Origin: Pirellulales bacterium
GTDB taxonomy: Bacteria > Planctomycetota > Planctomycetia > Pirellulales > Thermoguttaceae
Assembly: GCA_963713065.1 (NCBI GenBank)
Contig: CAVQKP010000018.1
Location: 95,684 to 159,683 of the forward strand
Reading direction: 5' to 3'
DNA length: 64,000 bases
Shown: positions 51,713-62,930 of the stretch, in pieces
Layout: each line of letters begins with the position of its first letter
How positions within the stretch are numbered: the first letter of the stretch is position 1
Notes under the pieces: generated by a model
What the model saw: only the letters and a program-made list of their open reading frames with translations
Database searches by the model: none
What the model was told of the DNA's origin: nothing
Made by a program: the position numbers and the translations under genes

Positions 51713-52906
51713 TTACTCGGCTTCTTCGGCCGCGTAGGAAGAATTATCGGTCGGGTAATTATCGGCCTGGTAATTGTCCGTCGGGCAGTTGTCGGTCGGG
51801 CAGTTGTCGGTCGGGCACTTTTCGCCGTTTCTCTCATGCCGATTGCCCAAGGGTTGACGGTATTTGCCCGGTTCCACGCGGTCCTTCTCGACGATCCGCA
51901 CGTGATGCACGGGCTTGGGATAGCTTATGCCCGGCTTTTCTTTCACGTCGATTCGCACTCGCGGCGTCGGTTCGGGAACTTTGACCTTGGTGTGATTCAC
52001 GATCACGTGTTTTTTCAAGCCGGCCGGCGATCCGAACGGAATATGCGGCGGGCCGGCCAATCCGATCGGCGTGCCGGAGATCGGCATGCCGTATTGCGGC
52101 GCGTTCACTCCCGAAATCGGGGCACCCATCGGCATCGTCGAGGAACTGCCATGCACGGCCATCGGCAGCGGACCGCCGCTCATGCCTTGCGGAGGGCAGG
52201 GTTCGCCGGTTTCCGGATCTTGGTAGCCTGCCCGTTGAATGTTGCCGTCCTGGGCCACGGAGGGCGAGGGGACGAGCAAGTCTTTGTTGCCCAGGCGGAC
52301 GATCGCCATGATCGCGCCGCGGCGGTCGGCCTCGACGATCGGATCGACGCCCGGATCCAACCGCGTGCTGACCAGTGTTTCCACGCCGGCGACGGCCAGT
52401 TCCTGGAACTGCGGGTCGGGCAGGTAGAGCACCTTGGTCACGAAGTTGCCGGTCAACACCTGGTCGAAATCTTCGGGGGTGAATTGCACCGGAATGGCAT
52501 TGTGCGCCAGGAAGGCTTCGGTCCGCGGCAGCGCGGGGGCGACTTCCAAGGTCGGATACAAATCGACGCCCGGCCGACCTGCTATGTTCGTAATCTTCAA
52601 GCGATAAATGGCCCCTTGCGGGAAGTTATAGCGGCCCGGGCAGATGAGCTGTTCCGAATCGAAGGCGCCCGGCGCGGAGACGTCCCAATTGACGGTCATG
52701 CCCTCAGGCCCCACGAAGGCGATTTGCGATGCTTCTTGAGTCATGCCTCCGCCCGGGTTGTACTGCATGACGCCTGGTCCGGGTCCATCGACGCCCGGTC
52801 CGGGGTGCATCAGCATTTGGGCGGGCGGCAAGTTTTGTTGGCAAGGGCCTCGGCAGCCCGCCATCGCAATCGCAAGCACTAACAATGACAATCCAGTAAT
52901 CCTCAT
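51713..52906 (-). CDS. Lipoprotein (lipobox MAGC), paralog of the preceding gene, with C-terminal CPTDN pentapeptide tandem repeats
   Basis: 'MRITGLSLLVLAIAMAGC'. Conserved core 'YRLKITNIAGRPGVDLYPTLEV...FVTKVLYLPDP...AIVRLGN'. 5 x 15-bp tandem repeats at 51744-51818. Confidence 0.6.
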   Translation of the reverse strand: MRITGLSLLVLAIAMAGCRGPCQQNLPPAQMLMHPGPGVDGPGPGVMQYNPGGGMTQEASQIAFVGPEGMTVNWDVSAPGAFDSEQLICPGRYNFPQGAIYRLKITNIAGRPGVDLYPTLEVAPALPRTEAFLAHNAIPVQFTPEDFDQVLTGNFVTKVLYLPDPQFQELAVAGVETLVSTRLDPGVDPIVEADRRGAIMAIVRLGNKDLLVPSPSVAQDGNIQRAGYQDPETGEPCPPQGMSGGPLPMAVHGSSSTMPMGAPISGVNAPQYGMPISGTPIGLAGPPHIPFGSPAGLKKHVIVNHTKVKVPEPTPRVRIDVKEKPGISYPKPVHHVRIVEKDRVEPGKYRQPLGNRHERNGEKCPTDNCPTDNCPTDNYQADNYPTDNSSYAAEEAE

Positions 52907-53291
52907 GTGTCCCCCTCCTTGTGCCTCATGCCTGGACCGGGATAACGCCCCGGAAAGGCCTTGAGCGTGAGACGAAAACGTTTTTGAAAAGTTTTGTTAT
53001 GGGCTGAAATTTGCGCGAAAGCGTTTTCGGAGTGATTAAGGATTGAGAATACATTGGCCAATCCCCAATTCCAAATCCCCAATCTCTCCTTCCACTTTCC
53101 GCGCAGAACGCCTGTCTAAAGAAGTATGGTCGGTCTGATACAAAAGGAATCTTTGGAAAATCCGTCAAGACCGTTAGATTGGGAGTATTGAAAACAAATT
53201 GCCTAGCTTGTTATAGCGTCTCCCAGAATATCCATTTACCCTATTCTCTTGAATGGTTGCCTGATACGTCGTAACAGGTTGGAAACCTGTC

Positions 53292-54181
53292 CTACATCTG
53301 CGGCACGGCGGTAGGGCAGCCGGGCGGGCGGAAGGCGGGATTGCCGATATCGACGGGCGGAGAATTCGGAATGACGGGCATGGTGAAAGTCGCGGCGGGG
53401 TTGGCCGGCGGGACGTTGAGCTCGACGTTGCCCAAATCGAGCTGCATCGAGAATTGCGCGGCGGGACAATTCACCTTCACGGTGCGGGGGAACCAGAGGA
53501 GCGACCGCGGGTCCTGGCGGTAGCCGCCGGCTTCGCTGCTGACCAATAAGCTGCTCTGGGAGTTGTAGATTTCCTGGCCCAGCACCCAGCCTTGCGCGGC
53601 GTCGAGGATCGTGCGTTTTATGATCCGGCCCTCCGGCGTTTCCTTGATCGTGCGGACTTCCAAGCGCCCGCCCGGCAGGAGAAAAGGCCCTTGATGCGGC
53701 AGCGCAGGATCAAACGTGCTCACGCCCAGCGCATCGATAAGCCATTCCGGCTGAATCGGCACCATCTGCCGGGCCGGGCTGGCGGCGAATCGATCGTGCC
53801 GGCAGTAATAGACCGCCTTCGGCTCGCTGCGGTTGATCCAGAACCAGAACAGCGCGTCGTTGCTGCCGAGGTCGAGTTCCGGTCCGGTCAGCGGGTGTTT
53901 CGCGTACAGGCGGAAACTCAAGGGGCGTTGATAAGCGACAATCGCGTGCAAGGAAGGTACGCCCGGCGAAGATAGCGTGGCCTGGTTTGCCGAAAACGAT
54001 TGGATCTGCCCGTTGTTGCGGTTGACCACCTCGATGACTTGTTCCAAAGTAGGATTCTGCGGCAGCACGGGCTGGATGCCGGCGGCTGGGACGTCCGCAG
54101 CCAACTCGGACAGTTCGCTCCGCTCAAGGCGAATAGGCCCGATACGATCAATAACATCAGCCGAGAGCGGTGGGAGTTCAT
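53292..54181 (-). CDS. Secreted hypothetical protein (one frameshift near 54.1 kb)
   Basis: Signal peptide 'MNSHRSRLMLLIVSGLFALSGA' (frame 53918-54181) joins 'AADVPAAGIQPVLPQNPTLEQVIEVVNRNNGQIQSF...FWFWINRSEPKAVYY...' (frame 53292-54104). A hairpin ACAGGTT-ggaa-AACCTGT lies right after the stop. Confidence 0.5.
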
Positions 54182-54292
54182 ATTGGATTCGAAGGATGAA
54201 GCAGGAAGGATGAAGTATGAATTTCCTATTCTACGCGTGTGGCAAGATGCCGGTTCTCGTTTCGTCGATCGGTATTCTTCCTTGATGCCGAT

Positions 54293-54766
54293 TCACTGCA
54301 GCAGCGCCGCCAACTCGGCTTGGATTTGTTCGACGCGTTCCTGTGCCGGCATGACCGCGGGGACAGTGTAGGCGGCGTCGCGGCGGGGGCAATAGACGGT
54401 GAGCACTTCCCGGCCTTCCGCGTCGCGCACCTCCTCCTCCAATCTAAAGACGCGGCGGCGAACGAGTAGCAGCGTGAGCACGTAACGCATGTCCTGCTTG
54501 TCGGGCGCAGCGGCCAGTTCGTCAAAGAAATTCAGCATCACGTCGTTCGGCGCCCAATGTTTGCGGCGCGAGGTTTTGCCGGGCACTTGCGATTTCCACC
54601 AGCCGACGGCATTTTCCGGCGGCCCTTGCCAAACCTCCGCCGCGTAGTCGAGGCGTTTCAAATCGTCCCCCTCGGCAACCACCGCCGAGTAATACCACTC
54701 CCCCGGCGCAAACTCCCGGCCGGTGGTTGAACAATGTCGCGTGAAGTTTTGGATTTCATAATCCAT
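54293..54766 (-). CDS. Hypothetical cytoplasmic protein (157 aa)
   Basis: 'MDYEIQNFTRHCSTTGREFAPGEWYYSAVVAEGDD...'. No recognisable family. Protein-like composition and no in-frame stops in GC-rich DNA. Confidence 0.4.
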   Translation of the reverse strand: MDYEIQNFTRHCSTTGREFAPGEWYYSAVVAEGDDLKRLDYAAEVWQGPPENAVGWWKSQVPGKTSRRKHWAPNDVMLNFFDELAAAPDKQDMRYVLTLLLVRRRVFRLEEEVRDAEGREVLTVYCPRRDAAYTVPAVMPAQERVEQIQAELAALLQ

Positions 54767-54923
54767 AGCGACGAAAGATACTCGAAACGAGTGCTGCAAA
54801 CAATGCAGAAAAATCGGGACAGAGCGGCAATTGAGTAGTAAGGTTGACAAGAAAGATGATAGCTATATCTATTTATCCCACAATGCCCAAGATGCCCAAA
54901 TATGAGATTTTTCCTTGCTGATG

Positions 54924-56611
54924 CTATTGCCCTGTAGCTCGAACATCAAGAATTCGCCCGGTGGGGCGGCTGCGGTCGAGAGGGACTGCTTGGGGAGAGT
55001 CGTAGATCGCGTGGTTGCCGGCTTCATCGACAACTTCGAGGCGGAGATAGACCAGCGGGGGAATCGAACTGTCGAGCGACCAAATGTAACGGCCGGTGTT
55101 TTCCAGGTTCGAGGCGAAAGGCGTAAATTGGCCGCCGGGTTGGGCACTATAGGAGAGCGTGACCGGCTTTTCGGCGAGCATCTTGTCGGAGACTTCCCAA
55201 CCGATAACCAGCTTGTCCTCGTTTTCGCCGCTGCCGAATTCGGCCGAGGTGATTTTTGCCGCGGGCCGAGTCAGGTCGATGCCGATCCAGACCGACGGTT
55301 TGTCGCCGCTTTTGGGAGGAGGATCGCCCAGGCCGGCGCCGCTGGTGACAACGATCCGGAAACCGTACATTCCTTCCTCCTCGACGCGCACCGACATTGG
55401 GCTGCGGTTATCGCTATCGATGCCGTAACTCCGCCAGGTGCGGCCGCCGTCCCGAGTGCCGAACAACTCGACCTTGCTCACGCCCGACGGGCCGACGGAT
55501 TGCAGGTCATAATCCAACTCGAAACTCCGGGAGTTGACCATCTGCGGTTTTTCATTGGGAGGAAGGTAGGCCAGGAAGGGATTGTTCAGCAATGCGGAAG
55601 CCACGTCCGACGAATACTTGCTGCCGATTTTCGGATTCGCGCCGGCCGAGACGGCCCTCACCCCCGGTCCCTCTCCCTTCGAGAAAGGGGAGTCCTGTTT
55701 CGCCGCATCTTTCGCAAAATCGGCTGATGTGCTTCCAGTGGGGCCGAGTTTGACTTGGGCATGGGCGATGCCCTTGTTGCCGGCCTTGTCGCTCGCTTCG
55801 GCGCGGATGACGACCTCCCGCGCGCCTGCGCCGGCCGCCAGGTGGCCTCGCCGGATTGCGTGGTTTCGGTGTTCGTGAGATCCTTGTCGCTCACGGCGAC
55901 CGGTTGCCACGCCCCAAAGTCCGACGTGCGATATTGCAGCGAGAGCGAATCCGGCTTCAGATGCGGATCGAAGATTTGCCATTGTGCGGTGACCTGCCCG
56001 CCAGGCCCGGACTCGGCCGATAGCAGCACGCTGGGCGGTTTCGTGTCGATGATTACGATCACCGCCGGGCTGGAAACGGTCGGCGGCTGAAACTTGCCGG
56101 CCCGATCGAGCGTGCGCGTGGCGAACCAGTATTCGCCGTCGTTGGCCGCACGGAAGGGAATCCGCGGCTGATTGGCGTTCACCCGGCTGTAGAAGTTCCA
56201 GTTCGCACCGCGATCGTGCGAAACGAACATCTGCACTTCGACAATCGAGCTGCTGTTCCGCGGGTTATTTTGCGGTGACGCCTCGCTGCGGACGGGAAGG
56301 GAAAAATATGTTTGCCGCGTGAGCATCCCCTTCGGCAGGGCAGGGACCGAGCCGGCGCCGGAATCCGTTGCCTGGTTTTGCGCGGGCGGAAGATTGTTCG
56401 CCGGCGGTTGAGAATCGCGGATTACCGGTCTGAGATTGACCGCCGCAGGAGCGTTCTCGGTGGCGGCCCGGTCGGTCGCCTCCTCGGCGGCCGGTTTCCA
56501 AGCCGGCTGGACGATCGTCTCGGGCGTATTAACGGTGTTTTGCGGCGCGTTCAGTTCGAGCTGCCCGCTCGACATCATCATCAGCCACGAAGCAACAACC
56601 GCCGGCCACAT
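54924..56611 (-). CDS. Secreted protein with two tandem Ig-like/beta-sandwich repeat modules (one frameshift near 55.7-55.9 kb); carries a family-C repeat in-frame
   Basis: Signal 'MWPAVVASWLMMMSSGQL'. Two homologous modules (…DRGANWNFYSRVNANQ…DTKPP… and …TRDGGRTWRSYGIDSD…DLTRP…). 'FSKGEGPGVRA' is encoded by the repeat at 55656-55700. Confidence 0.5.
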
Positions 56612-56814
56612 GGCAAAGCTTCTCCAATTTGCGCAATCGATACTCTCTTGTGTAAAATGCCGTATTCATCGTATCGGCGCGTCGGGGATTTGACTTGAGA
56701 GAGCGAATGCGTTTAACGAAGGAACAGATAAAAGTGATAAGCGATGAAGCTGACCGTTCCGCTGATCTTGCATGCTAACCGGTAGTTCGATTTTTCGCAT
56801 CGGTTGGCGATTCT

Positions 56815-56865
56815 CCGACGCCGGAGCGTCGGGGGATTGTGTTCCCACGCCGGAGCGGGGGAACA
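56815..56865. repeat. Repeat family B copy (TCCGACGCCGGAGCGTCGGGGGATTGTGTTCCCACGCCGGAGCGGGGGAACA) between two minus-strand genes
   Basis: Paralog of 49178-49230. Contains a perfect CGACGC-cgga-GCGTCG hairpin. Confidence 0.5.
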
Positions 56866-56870
56866 TGAGG

Positions 56871-57788
56871 TTATTCCATAACGTCGAAATCTCCTTCGGG
56901 CGTGGTTTGCTCACCGCCGTCGATGGTGGTCATGGCTTTGAGGTTGTCGGCGTCGGTGCCTTTAGGGAGGCTGCGTACGCTGCCGTCGCAGAAGATGGCG
57001 TTCACCGCGGAAGGATGATCGGAACTGATTTCGGCGCCGCTGTTGTCGCAAAGGTCGAAGCTCATGGTTTCGGCATCGAGATCGCGCGGTTCGAGCCAGT
57101 TGATGTTGCCGCCGACGTTTTCCACGACCATGATGGTGCCGGCGAGATTGTCGGATATTTCGGCTTTGGTTCGACCCATGGGGCCGGTGCTGATCGCGTG
57201 GGGACCGACGAGCATTGCATAGTTCGTGATGTTCGTCGCGCTGTTCGAGGCGCCCGGGCAGCGATAGACGGCGGGCATCCGATTGGCCAGCATGATGTTG
57301 TGCGGGCTGTCCCAGGGTTCGTGCATGTTGTATTGATCGTAAAGCGCTTGTTCGCCCAGGTAAGGCAGCAGCAACACCCGCCAACTGTGCATCGGCTTGC
57401 CGTTTTTGTCGGCCACAAACGCGGGCGGATAATGGCCGTTTTTGTCGTAGTAGGCTTGGATTGCGAAACTGATTTGCCGCATGTTGTTGCTGCAATTCGC
57501 CCTCCGCGCCGCCGCGCGGCCTGCCTGGACGGCGGGAAGCAGGAGGCTGGTGAGCATGCCGCCGCAAAAAAGGATCACCGGGATGGAGATCGCCAAAATG
57601 ATGAGGATGGTGGAGGCCGTGCTCCGTGGTTTTTTTGGTGGAAACTGGTCGTATTGCAATGGCGCCATGCCCAGCGGCGGGACAGTGATCGTCTGTCCGC
57701 AGCGGGCGCAAGGCCCACTCTGGCCGGCGTATTGTTCCGCCACATTGGTGGCATTTCCGCAATGAGGGCAGATGAAATGAATGGCCAT
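56871..57788 (-). CDS. DUF1559 (H-X9-DG) domain protein with N-terminal zinc ribbon and TM segment (Planctomycetes-type prepilin-like family)
   Basis: 'FICPHCGNATNV...CARCGQ' zinc ribbon. TM 'ILIILAISIPVILFCGGML'. 'MRQISFAIQAYYDKNGHYPPAF'. H-X9-DG 'HPSAVNAIFCDGSVRSL'. Confidence 0.7.
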   Translation of the reverse strand: MAIHFICPHCGNATNVAEQYAGQSGPCARCGQTITVPPLGMAPLQYDQFPPKKPRSTASTILIILAISIPVILFCGGMLTSLLLPAVQAGRAAARRANCSNNMRQISFAIQAYYDKNGHYPPAFVADKNGKPMHSWRVLLLPYLGEQALYDQYNMHEPWDSPHNIMLANRMPAVYRCPGASNSATNITNYAMLVGPHAISTGPMGRTKAEISDNLAGTIMVVENVGGNINWLEPRDLDAETMSFDLCDNSGAEISSDHPSAVNAIFCDGSVRSLPKGTDADNLKAMTTIDGGEQTTPEGDFDVME

Positions 57789-58250
57789 GGTGATCCCCGA
57801 AAATGTAGAAAGACGATTTTATTAAAAATATCATATTTCGCACCGGCAATGCAACTTAAATGTTAGACCGCAAGTCGCCAATGGTTTGTGCATGCCCTAT
57901 AGAGGGGTAGTGGACGAATTATCTATATTTAACAATATGGGAAACACGCTTTCACGAACTTTTTTTGATTTCCCTTCGATCTTTTGGGGAACACAGGAAG
58001 ATATTTTGGCGTCTAAAGCATAAATCCATGGTATGTCGCTAGTTAGCACTCCTACAATGCTCTTGATTACGCCTTCGCACAGTCCCACGCGAGGGTGTTT
58101 AAATACAGTTTTAGAACATAAAATCAAAGTGTCCAAAGCCGATATTATTCTAAGAGTGGGGTATTTATCGCAGTTTCATTTCGTTTTTGTTCTTCCTGGA
58201 CTTAGCGGTATAAAATATGCATAATAGATAGATAATACCAAGTAAGGAAG

Positions 58251-58547
58251 ATGGATAGACTGCAAAGGGGGGCCATTATGAGTTGGGAACGTTTTTGGTC
58301 CTTGAAGCCGGAAAGCTTGATTTTGTGGTTGGCGGTCTTGGCGGCGATGATCGCCATTGCAGCCTACCTGGTGCTGAAATTCCGCGCCAAAACGCTACAA
58401 CACGAACCTCGAGCCAGTGAAATGCTCTCAAAATTCCGGGAATTGCATTCCCGGGGTGAGCTAACCGACGAAGAATTCCGAACAATAAAAACGACGCTCA
58501 CGGTGCAACTTCAGAAGGAGTTAAATGACAACGGCAAAACGGGTTAG
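58251..58547 (+). CDS. Small membrane protein with C-terminal SHOCT-like motif
   Basis: TM 'LILWLAVLAAMIAIAAYLVL', then 'RGELTDEEFRTIKTTL'. A start at 58278 is an alternative. Confidence 0.45.
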   Translation: MDRLQRGAIMSWERFWSLKPESLILWLAVLAAMIAIAAYLVLKFRAKTLQHEPRASEMLSKFRELHSRGELTDEEFRTIKTTLTVQLQKELNDNGKTG

Positions 58548-58823
58548 GATAATACTTCCGCCCACGCCAAGTGCGTCGAATCGTGAAAGTTTAACAGCCT
58601 GTAGGGATGCGGGCTTGGGGCGAGGATAAACCACGGCCCCTTCGCATACGTAGATATTGCAGCCCCGGTGAGAACTCGAAGAAACTTGGGGGAGACACAA
58701 CGGCCGATGACCTGCCAAATCACACCCGGAGAATTCGAGTTACACCGCCATTAACCGATCACCTTTCGCCGCATTGCAATTCAAACTGGATTTCTCCACC
58801 GGCGGAAACGGGAAGGAAGGAAA

Positions 58824-60108
58824 ATGCCTACAGGACGTGACTTTACCACGGGACGCCGCAACGGCGGGCCGACCAAGAAAAATGCCTTCTGTTCTTTCTG
58901 TCGAAAGAGCTACCGCGACGTCGGCCCGCTGGTCGAGGGGCCGGGCGACGTGTATATCTGCGGCGAGTGCATCGACCTCTGCCAGTCGATCCTCGATCAG
59001 GAACGCCGCCGCCGCGGGACGAGCAAGCAACTGTTCACCAAGGTTCCCACTCCCCGCCAGCTCGTGCAATCGCTCGACCAGTATGTCGTCGGCCAGGACT
59101 ACGCCAAGAAAGTGCTCTCCGTGGCGGTGCATAGCCATTACAAGCGGCTGATGCACGGCGCGAACTCGCCGGAAATCGAAATCGACAAATCGAACATTCT
59201 CTTGATCGGCCCGACGGGATCGGGCAAGACGCTGTTGGCGCAAACGCTCGCCCGGGTGCTCGACGTGCCCTTTGCCATCGGCGACGCCACCACGCTGACC
59301 GAAGCCGGCTACGTGGGCGAGGACGTGGAAAACCTGCTCCTCAAGTTGCTGCACGCCGCCGATTTCGACGTCGAGGCGGCGCAGCGCGGCGTGCTGTACA
59401 TCGACGAGATCGACAAGATCGGCAAGACCAGCCAGAACGTCTCGATCACCCGCGATGTTTCCGGCGAGGGCGTGCAGCAGGCGCTGTTGAAGATGCTCGA
59501 AGGGACGATCGCCAACGTGCCGCCCCAGGGCGGGCGGAAGCATCCCGAGCAGCAATACATCCAGATGGACACCTCGAACATTCTTTTCATCTGCGGCGGG
59601 ACGTTCGTGGGCCTCGACGACATTATCGGCAAGCGGATGGGAAAACGCACCATCGGCTTCACGCAAGAGGGCGTGCATCGCGATCAGTTGGAGTTGGGCG
59701 ATCTCTTGCAGCAGGTCACCAGCGACGACCTCCTCGAGTTCGGCATGATCCCCGAGTTCGTCGGCCGGCTGCCGGTCGTTTCCACGCTCCGCCCGCTGGA
59801 TATTGGAAGCGATGGTCCGCGTGCTGACCGAGCCGAAGAACGCGATGGTCAAGCAGTTCCAGGCGCTGTTCGGCATGGAAAACGCCGAACTGGCCTTCAC
59901 CGACGCGGCCCTGCGGGCGGTCGCCGAGAAGGCGATGCAGAAGGACACCGGCGCCCGTGCGCTGCGGTCGATCATCGAAGACGTGATGCTGGACATCATG
60001 TTCGACCTGCCCGACCAGCCCGCCGGCACGCAATACCTCATCACCGAGGAAAACGTCCGCGACAATCAGCCGGTGATCCCGCGGCGCGCGGAAGCGAAAT
60101 CGGCGTAA
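58824..60108 (+). CDS. clpX: ATP-dependent Clp protease ATP-binding subunit ClpX (one frameshift near 59.80 kb)
   Basis: Zinc-binding '[31 protein letters not shown]'. Walker A '[12 protein letters not shown]'. 'YIDEIDKI'. C-terminal '[19 protein letters not shown]'. An extra G at about 59805 separates the pieces 58824-~59800 and 59803-60108. No clpP upstream. Confidence 0.9.
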
Positions 60109-60385
60109 CTTTTTTCCCCTCGCGGGCACCGCCCGAAGGTTGGTTGGGAGAGGGGCCGGGGCGAGCGATTTCTTGCCATTCACCAATTGCCGCTCGGCTT
60201 CCTCCCCGTGCCGACGAACTTTCCCTTCGTCAAACTTGATGACCTCCCCGAACTCATGCACTTCACGCCACGGTTTGTTTCGCCCTTAAAATTTCCACTG
60301 CACGGAATCTTCCTCTTCATCCTTCTCAATCAAGAGAAAATGCAAGTTGTTCCCTTTATTCCTCTGAATTATCTATCGCTCAACC

Positions 60386-62765
60386 TACGTTCTCAATTGC
60401 GGCAAGTTCTCCATGATCCACGTGTTCACGAAGTCCCAGGGCGTGGCGCCGTTATAGACGGCGAAGCTGGCGTTTTCCAGTTGTGCTTGCCGTGGCACGA
60501 TACGCCGGATCACGGGGTCGGGGCCGCCGGTTCGCACTCCAAGAATAATCATTGACAAAAGTCGCCCCTGTGCCGGTAACTAGTCCCACGAACCAGCCTT
60601 GCGAACTCGACACGTTGCCCATTGCGAAACAATCAGTATGATCGCGGCGCCATTCGACCAATCCCGCGAATCCCGATGCCATAGCCCCACCCTGAAACGC
60701 TCCCGTCGCAGACAGTCATCGACGATGTTCGTGCAGCCGTTGGGGCTCTGGTCGATGCTGCCCACCAATCCGCCGGCATAACAGCGGCCCTCGACTGTGC
60801 CAGTGGCATAGCAATCGATGATTGCCGTATCATAGTAATCGGCAATGCTGAAGCCTGCGACATCCGCCGATGCATCCACCATAAAGCCCGCCGTCATCGG
60901 CGATGCCTGTGACGTCCACAGATGCATGGCAGCGGAGGATCGTTCCCCGATTGCCACCCACCAAACCTCCAACATATCCCCAGTTGTTCGGATTACCGTC
61001 ATAGCCGATGGTGTGCCCTGTAATCGAGCCGGTCACATAGCAATCGGAAATTGTGCTGGCAATATTCTGTCCTACTAGTCCACCAACAAGCCATTCGCCA
61101 TCTATCGAGACGGATTCCAGCCCGAGGCGCGCGATGAGGGCGTTGTTGGATATCCCCCCGAAAAGCCCACGGGTAGTCAAATTGCGCCGGTCTATAGTCA
61201 AGTGGCTAACGACATGCCGTCCACCATCGAAAGATCCCCGAAACCAAACAATAGGCAGAAAGCCCTCTCCGTCGTTCCATGAGGCCGTCTCCGTGGCATC
61301 GAGATCATTGACCAACAGATAGCTGTTCGTGGAGTAGGCCGGAATGTTCTGCAATTCCGCAAGAGTCGTAATAATCGTCCAGCCGGGGATCTCCAAATGC
61401 CCGCTCGTAAGTGTGGTTCCGCCGGTATAGTTGAGATCGCCGCTTAAAGTTAGTGTGGCGTCGGGATCGTTTTCGATTTCCACTTTGCCCATTCCGGAAA
61501 TATCATTGCCGAAAATCTGATCGACCGCCGCGGCGAATTTCAGCGTCGCGTTGTCGATGATTTCTCCCAGGAGTGAGCCGTTCGCCGCGCCGTCGCCGAG
61601 TTGCAGCGTGCCTTCGTCTATGATCGTGTCGCCCGTGTATTCCTCTTCATTCGCGAGTATCAGCGTTCCTTCGCCGTTCTTCGTCAGTGCCCCTTCAGCC
61701 ACCGCCGCATCGACCAATTTGCAGGCGAAAGTCGCCGCGGCGCCGCTGCCGTCAACTTCGACGGTCGTCCCGTCCGTGCCGACGGAAAGCGTATCGTCCT
61801 CCGTCTCGCCGACGAGCGAGTAACCGCTTTGCGTAAAGGTGATCGACCGCCCGGAACCGGCCCGTTCGGATCGGCATAATCCTGGATATAAACCGCCCCC
61901 GGCGTATCGCCGCAGTCTCCGAATACCGCGTCCGCCCCGTTCACCCATGCATGAAGCGGCCCCGTCGGGCTGCCCAAGTGCCAAAAAAGTATCCGCCTCA
62001 TTCGCATCCCACACCGGCGTCCCTTCGATTGCCGCAGGATCCCAATACAAGCAGGTATCGATAATGACGTTGCTGTTGGCCGAAAGCGAATGAGTCTGGC
62101 CGGGCGTAGCTAAATTCGGATCGATATCGATATCGAACCCGTCCCGAATCGTGCCGCCGTTAAGCAGCAAGGAGTCCGTTCCGGCATAGTCCAGATCGGC
62201 GGCGTTGTCATTCCACGCGACGATGTAAGCGAAGGTCAGCATATTGGTTCCGCTTCCGCTTGTATATGCGGCATAGCGATTGTTAATGCCCGTTGCCAAT
62301 CGCAATTGCGGCGTACCCGTGACGGCCACCGGGGCGCTGAAATACAGATCGATGTAAAGCGTATCGCCCACGGAGTAGGAAATGCTTGTCTCCGCGCTGG
62401 CATCGGATGCCCAAACGGGATCCGGACCGCCGATTTGGAGTGTATCAACATGAAGACTCGTGACATTCAAGACCGCGTTGCCTGTAGTGATTTCACTGTA
62501 CAAGCTTAAATTGCCCGCGTTCACCGTGCCCGCGGAGACCCACATCTCCGTGCAAGTCATCGTGAGATTGGGCAGCCACACCGTTCCCGCGCCCGCCTTT
62601 TTCATTTTCGTGCGCATTTACTGTTCCCGAATCGAGCAGAATCAGATTCGATGCGATGGTGCCGTTGTTGAGATTGTAGGCGAAACTCGCCTTGAGCGTG
62701 CCGTTTTGGATCGTACCGTCGTTGAGCGTTACGGTATTGAGCATATCCGTCGCGAATCCACCCAA
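60386..62765 (-). CDS. Large secreted adhesin-like protein with GLUG motifs and autotransporter-type beta-strand (PATR) repeats; at least 4 frameshifts; 5' region adjoins an IS element
   Basis: Pieces 62493-62765, 60830-62617, 60580-61002, 60452-60682 and 60386-60552 on the minus strand. 'GEGTLILANEEEYTGDTIIDEGTLQLGDG' (PATR). Repeated 'GGLVG...CY.TG.V.G' (GLUG). Ends '...PWDFVNTWIMENLPQLRT'. Confidence 0.45.
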
Positions 62766-62930
62766 ACTGCACTTTCTGAAAAAACGGCAGATCGGACGGT
62801 TTATCGATTAAATTGATCTTGCAATGAAAAGGCTCTTCCATCACATTGTGTTTACCAAGACCCAAGTGATAGGAGAGCCAAGGATGGCGAATTCGATATG
62901 TTATTGGCAATGTCCGGAAGATTGGGACCA

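Noticed and set aside
60187-60555. 122-aa plus-strand ORF downstream of clpX.
   Set aside because: It lies antisense to the conserved C-terminal end (…PWDFVNTWIMENLPQLRT) of the minus-strand adhesin gene, and there is no RBS.
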